This document shows, one piece after another, positions 23,297-31,905 of a stretch of 64,000 bases of DNA. The number at the start of each line of letters is the position of its first letter. Position 1 is the first letter of the stretch. The notes below the pieces were generated by a model that was given only the letters and a program-made list of their open reading frames with translations, was not told the DNA's origin and did no database searches. Made by a program: the position numbers and the translations under genes. Source of the stretch: Escherichia coli. Its GTDB lineage: Bacteria; Pseudomonadota; Gammaproteobacteria; Enterobacterales; Enterobacteriaceae. The stretch lies in assembly GCF_003018235.1 (NCBI RefSeq), contig NZ_CP027437.1; one strand, written 5' to 3'.

Positions 23297-24100
23297 ATGA
23301 AAAGCGTACTTGCAGCAGCGGCTATGTCGCTTGTTATTTCTGATTTTGCTAATGCTGAGGAAACAAGAGGTAAAGCTATGATGAAAATAGAACCGTCAGC
23401 GATTTCGGAAGCTGATATTCGTTCCGTCTCACCGGCTCTCGCGCGCTTTGGTCGCGAAGCTATTACTGAAGATCTGTGGACACGCGACGCCCTCTCACCG
23501 AGGGATCGTAGTGTGGTGACCGTCGCCATGCTGATTGCCCGCAACCAGCCTGCCGAGCTTAAGCACTATATTGACGTCGCTCTCGATAGCGGCGTGACGC
23601 CAGCGGAATTATCAGAAATCATTACCCATCTGGCGTTCTACTCAGGTTGGCCAAATGCAATGTCAGCCGTCAGCGTGACCAAAGCAGTATTTGAAACTCG
23701 TGGCGTCACGCCAGATGCGCTTCCTGACGCTTCTCCGGACCTGCTTCCTCTCAATCAGGAAGCAGAAAAGCAGCGTTCAGAGACAGTGGAAAAAAATGTT
23801 GGCCCAATATCTCCAGGCCTGGTTAAATTCACTGCTGATCCACTCTTCCTGGATCTATGGCAAAGACCCGCGCTGAAACCCCGCGACAGAAGCCTGATTA
23901 CGGTCAGCGCCTTAATCGCATCCGGACAGAGCGCGCAGATTGGCTATCACCTCAATAGAGCAATGGATAATGGACTTTCTGTTGAGGAAGCTGGTGAGAT
24001 CGTTACCCAGGCCGCCTTCTATGCTGGCTGGCCAAACGCATTTACCGCTGCTCCGGTTGTGGGAGAGGTGCTAAACAATCGATCATCGAGTAAAAGGTAA
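23297..24100 (+). CDS. Secreted protein with two carboxymuconolactone-decarboxylase (CMD/AhpD-like) domains
   Basis: 267-aa ORF; signal peptide (MKSVLAAAAMSLVISDFANA|EE); internal duplication (...HLAFYSGWPNAMSAV... and ...QAAFYAGWPNAFTAA...). Confidence 0.7.
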   Translation: MKSVLAAAAMSLVISDFANAEETRGKAMMKIEPSAISEADIRSVSPALARFGREAITEDLWTRDALSPRDRSVVTVAMLIARNQPAELKHYIDVALDSGVTPAELSEIITHLAFYSGWPNAMSAVSVTKAVFETRGVTPDALPDASPDLLPLNQEAEKQRSETVEKNVGPISPGLVKFTADPLFLDLWQRPALKPRDRSLITVSALIASGQSAQIGYHLNRAMDNGLSVEEAGEIVTQAAFYAGWPNAFTAAPVVGEVLNNRSSSKR

Positions 24101-24149
24101 CATTACCGAACACTAAAACTTGACGCACATCACAACATTAGAACGAACA

Positions 24150-24234
24150 GTTCATGAACCAATAAGCGTAACATCGAGTGATTTATGGACAGCGTTTAAC
24201 ACAGTTATGAACCAAAACTGAGTTCATAACTGTG
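24150..24234. promoter_or_regulatory. Palindromic motif cluster: 10-bp palindrome GTTCATGAAC and a perfect 13-bp inverted repeat with 9-bp spacer
   Basis: GTTCATGAAC at 24150-24159; CACAGTTATGAAC (24200-24212) / GTTCATAACTGTG (24222-24234). No T-tract follows, so operator-like rather than terminator-like. Confidence 0.4.
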
Positions 24235-24514
24235 AGTTTGAATCGCCATTTGATTAATATCCATTTAAAACAGTTTGTTATGCTGTTTCTGGTGCTGAAG
24301 TCAATTATGTATATCCCTCAAACCCAGAATAGTTAAATGGAATTTGAGTGATGCGAAGCGATTTTCCAGTCGTCGTTATTACTTCAGGGTTCCAGAACAT
24401 AAAGCCTCTCCTCTTTCATGATTGGCCTGTGCATACCGGATATAGGCTGGCTGGTATGCAGGTTTGCCGTTTGCCGCATCTTCCCTGCGTTGAAGAGTCA
24501 GGCTGGCAAACCGC

Positions 24515-24769
24515 GTGCAAATGAACACCCCCACTTTCCATCAACACTTCAGACAGCTTGCGGGAATGAGTCCACTCCGGTATCAGAAATGGCTACGCCT
24601 CAATGAAGCCAGGCGACTGATGCTGAATGAACATTACGATGTCACCACTGCAGCCTATGCTGTCGGTTACGAAAGCTTATCCCATTTCAGTCGGGAATAT
24701 TCGCGGATGTTTGGAGAGTCACCTAAGAGAGATATTACCGGGTTAAGAAAGTCTGTCGGTCAGCTTTAA
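24515..24769 (+). pseudogene. C-terminal fragment of an AraC/XylS-family regulator (second HTH only)
   Basis: 84-aa ORF with the AraC signature region (...GYESLSHFSREYSRMFGESPKR); no ligand-binding domain or first HTH in any upstream frame. Confidence 0.6.
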
Positions 24770-25202
24770 TAAACCCTGCACTTATCTGTTTAGAGCAATT
24801 CCGTGTTAGTTACACCAGTCAAACATTAACCATAGCTAATGTTTTATAGCCATATAAACCATTGGCCGCTCTTGACCTTTCCTGACACTTCCCTTGTTCG
24901 CAATAATATTCTGTTTAGTCGCTGTTTATAAATAACATGCATAATGAAATCGTAATGTTATTTAGCGACATAAAATGTCTTTGCAAATACCCTCTACAAC
25001 AAGTGCTGCAATAAACTTGTTGTGATTAGGTGTCCTTGTAATTTAAAGATATTATCGTTCTTCGTGAAATGTAATAACCCTGGAAACTATATTCTCAGGG
25101 CAATATCCCATCAAGAATGATTCTTGTTTTATAAGCAATAACAGAATGACTTAATTGTTAACTTTCTTTATTCAGCTACTTAAATATAAATTTTGGAGAA
25201 TT

Positions 25203-25766
25203 ATGAAACTCAAACATGTCGGTATGATTGTCGTTTCTGTGTTGGCGATGTCGTCTGCTGCGGTAAGCGCAGCCGAGGGTGATGAATCAGTAACGACCAC
25301 TGTTAATGGCGGTGTTATTCATTTTAAAGGTGAAGTGGTAAATGCCGCTTGTGCGATTGATTCAGAATCAATGAACCAAACGGTTGAGCTGGGTCAGGTC
25401 CGTTCTTCTCGTCTGGCTAAAGCGGGTGACCTCAGCTCCGCCGTTGGCTTCAATATCAAGCTGAATGATTGTGATACCAATGTTTCCAGTAATGCAGCTG
25501 TTGCATTCCTGGGTACTACTGTCACCAGTAATGACGATACGTTAGCGCTGCAGAGTTCAGCGGCAGGCTCTGCCCAAAATGTCGGTATTCAAATTTTGGA
25601 CCGTACGGGTGAGGTATTAATACTTGATGGTGCCACTTTTAGCGCTAAAACTGACTTGATTGATGGCACGAATATACTGCCGTTCCAGGCTCGTTATATT
25701 GCTCTCGGGCAGTCAGTAGCTGGTACTGCAAACGCTGATGCGACCTTCAAAGTTCAATATCTATAA
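25203..25766 (+). CDS. Fimbrial major subunit (F9/Fml-type pilin)
   Basis: 187 aa from ATG 25203 (GGAG SD 4 nt upstream); signal peptide then pilin domain with a conserved Cys pair. Confidence 0.85.
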   Translation: MKLKHVGMIVVSVLAMSSAAVSAAEGDESVTTTVNGGVIHFKGEVVNAACAIDSESMNQTVELGQVRSSRLAKAGDLSSAVGFNIKLNDCDTNVSSNAAVAFLGTTVTSNDDTLALQSSAAGSAQNVGIQILDRTGEVLILDGATFSAKTDLIDGTNILPFQARYIALGQSVAGTANADATFKVQYL

Positions 25767-25807
25767 TTCAATCTTAAGGTGGCTATACGTCATCTGAAAT
25801 TGAAACA

Positions 25808-25836
25808 GGGTGTGTGTGGCATGGCTACGCACACCC
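25808..25836 (+). other. Intra-operon stem-loop between pilin and chaperone genes
   Basis: GGGTGTG(TG)-loop-(CG)CACACCC, 7-9 bp GC-rich stem, no T-tract. Confidence 0.4.
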
Positions 25837-26128
25837 GAGCAATTCACCAATGTTCATCTCATTATTAATGAGGAATAGTTTGTGTTTTGGAGCGGTATGA
25901 AAAAATCACATAATATCTAAACGATCAATAAACAACAGTAGTTAAACTTACTGTTATTTAAAATATTTACTTTGTAGCAAGGTTTTCCTATTAAAAGAGA
26001 ACCAACATTTATTACAAACGCATTAAGTCTGGAAACCCGGCGAGTCGCCAATGTATTAGCAACATTTACCGATTGTCTGATGTAACGGTTTCCCCGCTTA
26101 TCCTCTTAACACATGGAGAATGCATCAG

Positions 26129-26839
26129 ATGCAAACTACGCGTACCCCCTACTCTATTTCCTTTATGGCGACAGTGTTACTTTTATTGCTCTTTGCTTGC
26201 CATAGCACCGTTGCCAACGCAGCTGTCGCACTGGGTGCGACGCGGGTAATTTATCCGGCAAACCAGAAACAGGTTTTATTGCCTGTCACGAATAATGATC
26301 CTGCCAGTGTCTATCTCATTCAGTCATGGATAGAAAATGAGGGTGACCAAAAAGACACCCAGTTTGTCATTACGCCACCGCTTTTTTCCATGCAAGGTAA
26401 AAAAGAGAATACGCTGCGGATAATCAACGCCACTAATCATCAGTTACCAGGCGACCGTGAAAGCCTGTTCTGGGTTAATGTTAAAGCTATTCCTGCTATG
26501 GAAAAAGATCAGAAGAATGAGAATACATTACAGCTGGCAATTATTAGCCGCATAAAAATGTTTTATCGCCCCACGAACCTGGCAATGGCACCTGAAGAAG
26601 CGCCTGCAATGCTTCGGTTTCGTCGCAGCGGCAGCAAACTCACTCTTATTAATCCAACGCCCTACTTCATTACCGTAACAAATATGAAAGCAGGAAATAG
26701 CAATCTCCCAAACACCATGGTGCCGCCAAAAGGTGAAGTATCGGTGGATATCCCGCATGCTGCAACCGGGGATATCAGTTTTCAGACGATCAATGATTAC
26801 GGTGCATTAACTCCGCGTATTAAGGCAACCATGCAATAA
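26129..26839 (+). CDS. Periplasmic fimbrial chaperone (PapD-like)
   Basis: Track ORF 26120..26839; signal peptide plus PapD-like fold. Start 26129 preferred on SD spacing; 26120 is the in-frame alternative. Confidence 0.85.
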   Translation: MQTTRTPYSISFMATVLLLLLFACHSTVANAAVALGATRVIYPANQKQVLLPVTNNDPASVYLIQSWIENEGDQKDTQFVITPPLFSMQGKKENTLRIINATNHQLPGDRESLFWVNVKAIPAMEKDQKNENTLQLAIISRIKMFYRPTNLAMAPEEAPAMLRFRRSGSKLTLINPTPYFITVTNMKAGNSNLPNTMVPPKGEVSVDIPHAATGDISFQTINDYGALTPRIKATMQ

Positions 26840-26880
26840 GCCAGTGACCTAATTAATAATAAACTCAATCGGAATTAAAA

Positions 26881-29532
26881 ATGACAGCCTTTCGTGCCGC
26901 ATTTAAGGCATATCGTATGCATCAGGTGTTACTACTGCCTCGCTTTGCACGGCTTACCATTGCCCTTGGCTTAGCAACTGCGGTATTTCCCGTTGACGCA
27001 GAGTATTATTTTAATCCACGGTTTTTAAGCAATGATCTTGCTGAATCTGTCGATTTATCCGCCTTTACTAAGGGACGCGAGGCACCATCTGGTACATATC
27101 GGGTCGACATTTATTTGAACGACGAATTTATGACTAGTCGGGATATTACTTTTATTGCAGATGATAATAACGCAGATCTCATCCCATGCCTGAGTACAGA
27201 TCTTCTTGTCAGTCTTGGCATAAAAAAATCAGCGTTATTAGACAATAAAGAACATTTGGCAGAAAAACATGTGCCGGACAACAGCGCATGCACACCACTT
27301 CAGGATCGTTTGGCCGACGCATCAACTGAGTTTGATGTTGGTCAGCAACATTTGTCACTCTCCGTTCCGCAAATTTATGTTGGCAGAATGGCTCGCGGCT
27401 ATGTTTCTCCTGATCTGTGGGAAGAAGGAATAAATGCTGGGCTTCTAAACTATAGTTTTAATGGTAATTCTATTAATAATCGTAGTAACCATAATGCAGG
27501 AAAATCCAACTATGCATATTTGAATTTACAGAGTGGCATCAACATTGGTAGTTGGCGACTGCGCGATAACTCAACGTGGAGTTATAACAGTGGGAGTAGC
27601 AATTCATCTGACAGCAATAAATGGCAGCACATCAATACGTCGGCTGAACGTGACATTATTCCCTTACGCTCACGCTTAACGGTAGGTGATAGTTATACCG
27701 ATGGCGATATTTTTGATAGTGTGAACTTTCGTGGCCTCAAAATAAATTCAACAGAAGCGATGTTGCCCGATAGCCAACATGGTTTCGCTCCGGTGATTCA
27801 TGGTATTGCCCGCGGCACCGCACAAGTGAGTGTAAAACAGAATGGATACGATGTTTATCAGACTACTGTCCCACCCGGCCCTTTTACTATTGATGATATC
27901 AACTCTGCGGCCAATGGTGGTGATCTGCAAGTAACCATAAAAGAGGCAGACGGCAGTATTCAGACATTATATGTTCCTTATTCGTCTGTTCCGGTTCTCC
28001 AACGTGCTGGATATACGCGTTATGCGCTTGCCATGGGGGAATATCGTAGTGGAAATAACCTGCAAAGCTCCCCCAAGTTCATACAAGGTAGCTTGATGCA
28101 TGGACTGGAAGGAAACTGGACACCTTATGGCGGAATGCAAATTGCAGAAGATTATCAAGCCTTCAACCTTGGTATTGGTAAAGATTTAGGACTTTTTGGT
28201 GCCTTTTCTTTCGATATCACGCAGGCCAATACGACACTTGCAGATGGCACCCGTCACAGCGGGCAATCGATTAAATCCGTCTACAGCAAATCCTTCTACC
28301 AGACGGGAACCAATATCCAGGTCGCAGGATATCGCTATTCTACGCAAGGTTTTTATAACTTATCCGACAGTGCCTACAGTCGAATGAGTGGTTACACCGT
28401 CAAGCCTCCTACCGGAGACAGCAATGAGCAGACACAATTTATTGATTATTTTAATCTGTTCTACAGTAAGCGTGGTCAGGAACAAATAAGCATCTCTCAG
28501 CAGCTTGGAAATTACGGTACGACATTTTTCAGTGCCAGTCGCCAAAGTTACTGGAACACGTCACGCAGCGACCAGCAAATATCATTTGGATTAAATGTGC
28601 CGTTTGGTGATATTACGACTTCGCTGAATTACAGCTATTCCAATAATATATGGCAAAACGATCGGGATCATTTACTTGCTTTTACGCTTAATGTTCCCTT
28701 CAGTCATTGGATGCGTACAGACAGTCAGTCGGCATTTCGTAATTCAAACGCCAGTTACAGTATGTCAAACGATTTGAAAGGCGGCATGACCAATCTATCG
28801 GGGGTTTATGGCACTCTGCTGCCGGATAATAACCTGAATTATAGCGTTCAGGTCGGTAACACCCACGGGGGTAATACATCGTCTGCCACCAGTGGTTACA
28901 GTTCTCTTAATTATCGTGGAGCTTACGGTAATACTAATGTCGGTTACAGTCGGAGTGGTGACAGCAGCCAAATTTATTACGGAATGAGTGGTGGGATTAT
29001 TGCTCATGCTGATGGCATCACCTTTGGTCAGCCGCTGGGCGACACAATGGTTCTGGTTAAGGCTCCTGGCGCTGATAATGTCAAAATAGAGAACCAGACC
29101 GGAATTCATACCGACTGGCGTGGCTATGCCATATTACCATTTGCGACAGAATATAGAGAAAATCGTGTCGCTCTTAACGCGAATTCCCTTGCAGATAATG
29201 TTGAACTGGATGAAACCGTTGTCACTGTCATCCCAACTCACGGTGCTATTGCCAGAGCAACATTTAATGCACAAATCGGCGGGAAAGTATTAATGACGTT
29301 GAAGTACGGTAATAAGAGCGTTCCATTCGGTGCAATTGTCATACATGGTGAGAATAAAAATGGCAGCATTGTCGCGGAAAACGGTCAGGTTTATCTGACT
29401 GGACTTCCACAGTCAGGGAAATTACAGGTTTCATGGGGCAAAGATAAAAACTCAAACTGTATTGTCGAGTACAAGCTTCCTGAAGTTTCTCCTGGTACCT
29501 TACTGAACCAGCAGACAGCAATCTGTCGCTAA
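26881..29532 (+). CDS. ydeT: Fimbrial outer-membrane usher
   Basis: 883-aa full-length usher ORF with signal peptide. Confidence 0.9.
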   Translation: MTAFRAAFKAYRMHQVLLLPRFARLTIALGLATAVFPVDAEYYFNPRFLSNDLAESVDLSAFTKGREAPSGTYRVDIYLNDEFMTSRDITFIADDNNADLIPCLSTDLLVSLGIKKSALLDNKEHLAEKHVPDNSACTPLQDRLADASTEFDVGQQHLSLSVPQIYVGRMARGYVSPDLWEEGINAGLLNYSFNGNSINNRSNHNAGKSNYAYLNLQSGINIGSWRLRDNSTWSYNSGSSNSSDSNKWQHINTSAERDIIPLRSRLTVGDSYTDGDIFDSVNFRGLKINSTEAMLPDSQHGFAPVIHGIARGTAQVSVKQNGYDVYQTTVPPGPFTIDDINSAANGGDLQVTIKEADGSIQTLYVPYSSVPVLQRAGYTRYALAMGEYRSGNNLQSSPKFIQGSLMHGLEGNWTPYGGMQIAEDYQAFNLGIGKDLGLFGAFSFDITQANTTLADGTRHSGQSIKSVYSKSFYQTGTNIQVAGYRYSTQGFYNLSDSAYSRMSGYTVKPPTGDSNEQTQFIDYFNLFYSKRGQEQISISQQLGNYGTTFFSASRQSYWNTSRSDQQISFGLNVPFGDITTSLNYSYSNNIWQNDRDHLLAFTLNVPFSHWMRTDSQSAFRNSNASYSMSNDLKGGMTNLSGVYGTLLPDNNLNYSVQVGNTHGGNTSSATSGYSSLNYRGAYGNTNVGYSRSGDSSQIYYGMSGGIIAHADGITFGQPLGDTMVLVKAPGADNVKIENQTGIHTDWRGYAILPFATEYRENRVALNANSLADNVELDETVVTVIPTHGAIARATFNAQIGGKVLMTLKYGNKSVPFGAIVIHGENKNGSIVAENGQVYLTGLPQSGKLQVSWGKDKNSNCIVEYKLPEVSPGTLLNQQTAICR

Positions 29533-29545
29533 GGAACAATAGATT

Positions 29546-30076
29546 ATGAAATACAATAACATTATTTTCCTCGGTTTATGTCTGGGGTTAACCACCTATT
29601 CTGCTTTATCCGCAGATAGCGTTATTAAAATTAGCGGGCGCGTCCTCGATTATGGCTGCACAGTCTCATCGGATTCGCTTAATTTTACCGTAGATCTCCA
29701 AAAAAACAGTGCCAGACAATTTCCAACGACCGGTAGCACAAGTCCAGCCGTCCCTTTTCAGATTACGTTAAGTGAATGCAGTAAAGAGACAACGGGGGTT
29801 CGGGTTGCATTTAACGGTATTGAGGATGCAGAAAATAATACTCTGTTGAAACTGGATGAAGGAAGCAATACGGCCTCCGGTTTGGGTATAGAAATACTGG
29901 ACGGAAATATGCGTCCGGTGAAATTGAATGACCTTCATGCCGGGATGCAGTGGATCCCACTGATACCAGAACAGAACAATATTTTGCCTTACTCCGCTCG
30001 TCTGAAGTCAACTCAGAAGTCCGTCAATCCGGGACTGGTGAGGGCTTCGGCAACCTTTACCCTTGAATTTCAATAA
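29546..30076 (+). CDS. ydeS: Fimbrial minor subunit
   Basis: 176-aa ORF with signal peptide and pilin-like domain. Confidence 0.85.
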   Translation: MKYNNIIFLGLCLGLTTYSALSADSVIKISGRVLDYGCTVSSDSLNFTVDLQKNSARQFPTTGSTSPAVPFQITLSECSKETTGVRVAFNGIEDAENNTLLKLDEGSNTASGLGIEILDGNMRPVKLNDLHAGMQWIPLIPEQNNILPYSARLKSTQKSVNPGLVRASATFTLEFQ

Positions 30077-30088
30077 TCAGAGTCAGAT

Positions 30089-30592
30089 ATGAAAAGACTT
30101 CACAAGAGGTTCCTGTTAGCTACGTTTTGCGCGTTATTCACAGTAACTCTCCAGGCCGCCGATGTCACTATCACTGTTAATGGTCGGGTAGTCGCTAAAC
30201 CCTGCACTATTCAAACCAAAGAAGCTAACGTTAATCTCGGGGATCTTTATACGCGCAATCTGCAACAACCTGGTTCTGCATCAGGCTGGCACAATATTAC
30301 TTTGTCATTAACCGATTGTCCGGTTGAAACAAGTGCAGTGACGGCAATCGTGACAGGTTCAACTGACAATACGGGTTATTACAAAAATGAAGGTACTGCC
30401 GAAAATATTCAGATAGAGCTAAGGGATGACCAGGATGCGACGTTAAAAAATGGCGATAGCAAAACGGTTATTGTTGATGAGATCACTCGTAATGCACAGT
30501 TTCCACTTAAGGCAAGAGCTATCACGGTGAATGGAAACGCAAGCCAGGGAACGATCGAGGCGCTAATCAATGTGATCTATACCTGGCAATAA
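30089..30592 (+). CDS. ydeR: Fimbrial minor subunit
   Basis: 167-aa ORF with signal peptide and pilin-like domain. Confidence 0.85.
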   Translation: MKRLHKRFLLATFCALFTVTLQAADVTITVNGRVVAKPCTIQTKEANVNLGDLYTRNLQQPGSASGWHNITLSLTDCPVETSAVTAIVTGSTDNTGYYKNEGTAENIQIELRDDQDATLKNGDSKTVIVDEITRNAQFPLKARAITVNGNASQGTIEALINVIYTWQ

Positions 30593-30652
30593 CATCAATT
30601 TGATTTTTTTTTGCCTCCTTTTTAAATCAATTTTTTAACCTTAGGATATATC

Positions 30653-31567
30653 ATGGGTAAAACATTCAGTATAAAGGTTCTGTTCAGTATTTATCTTCTA
30701 TTAATGGCAGGCAAAGTTTTTGCCTTCAGTTGTAATGTCGATGGCGGGTCAAGTATTGGAGCAGGTACAACCTCTGTTTATGTTAATCTCGATCCTGTAA
30801 TACAACCGGGCCAGAATCTGGTTGTAGACTTGTCTCAGCATATAAGTTGCTGGAATGATTACGGCGGCTGGTACGACACTGATCATATAAACCTGGTACA
30901 AGGCTCAGCTTTCGCAGGCTCTCTACAGTCATATAAAGGATCGCTGTACTGGAATAATGTGACCTACCCCTTCCCGTTGACGACAAATACTAATGTATTA
31001 GATATTGGTGATAAGACACCGATGCCATTACCGTTAAAACTCTATATTACCCCAGTCGGTGCGGCCGGTGGAGTTGTCATAAAAGCCGGGGAAGTTATTG
31101 CCCGTATTCATATGTATAAAATTGCCACGTTAGGAAGCGGAAATCCGCGTAATTTTACGTGGAATATTATTTCAAATAACAGTGTTGTTATGCCAACAGG
31201 CGGCTGCACCGTTGATAGTCGTAATGTCAACGTGAATCTCCCGGACTTTCCTGGAAGCGCAGAAATACCCCTTGGCGTATATTGCTCAAGTGAACAAAAG
31301 CTCTCATTTTATCTTTCGGGTGCTACCACTGACAGTGCCAGACAAGTGTTTGCTAACACAGCACCAGATGCAACAAAAGCATCGGGAGTGGGTGTCTCTC
31401 TGATGCGTAATGGAAAAATACTGGCTACGGGAGAAAATGTTTCCCTCGGAACAGTAAATAAGAGCAAAGTACCTCTGGGTTTAAGCGCAACCTATGGACA
31501 AACAGGAAACAAGGTTGCAGCCGGAACAGTTCAGTCAGTCATTGGTGTCACTTTTATCTATGAATAA
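30653..31567 (+). CDS. ydeQ: FimH-like two-domain fimbrial tip adhesin
   Basis: 304-aa ORF; signal peptide, N-terminal lectin-like and C-terminal pilin-like domains; last gene of the operon. Confidence 0.85.
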   Translation: MGKTFSIKVLFSIYLLLMAGKVFAFSCNVDGGSSIGAGTTSVYVNLDPVIQPGQNLVVDLSQHISCWNDYGGWYDTDHINLVQGSAFAGSLQSYKGSLYWNNVTYPFPLTTNTNVLDIGDKTPMPLPLKLYITPVGAAGGVVIKAGEVIARIHMYKIATLGSGNPRNFTWNIISNNSVVMPTGGCTVDSRNVNVNLPDFPGSAEIPLGVYCSSEQKLSFYLSGATTDSARQVFANTAPDATKASGVGVSLMRNGKILATGENVSLGTVNKSKVPLGLSATYGQTGNKVAAGTVQSVIGVTFIYE

Positions 31568-31639
31568 TTGTGATTTTGACATTAGTCTATGCGTTCCATT
31601 CACGAAAATTGTGCGGATAATTATTTTGTGAAGGCTATT

Positions 31640-31657
31640 ATCCTACACTTGTAAGAA
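31640..31657. promoter_or_regulatory. Putative EvgA box upstream of ydeP
   Basis: ATCCTACA-CT-TGTAAGAA, 17/18 match to my recollection of the published EvgA box, TTCYTACA-NN-TGTARGAA; ydeP is a known EvgA target. Confidence 0.5.
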
Positions 31658-31905
31658 AATCCGCGCACAATTGAAGCCAGAGTCTTATTTTTTATATTGA
31701 AAAACATGTTAATTTAAACACTATGAGAGATGATGCTTAACTTATCGTATTTATACCATTCTATTATTTAACAATAATAGATTAAAAATAGAAAGAGAGT
31801 AGTCCCCTACTCTTATATATCCAGGTTGATGATAAACCTATTATATATACTGTGCATCATCGCTATTACAAATCCTAATAATTCATTTCCACACAGGATA
31901 AGCAG

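Noticed and set aside
24418-24606. 62-aa ORF overlapping the start of the AraC fragment
   Set aside because: Translation is not AraC-like and reads as frame noise; it overlaps the better-supported HTH fragment.
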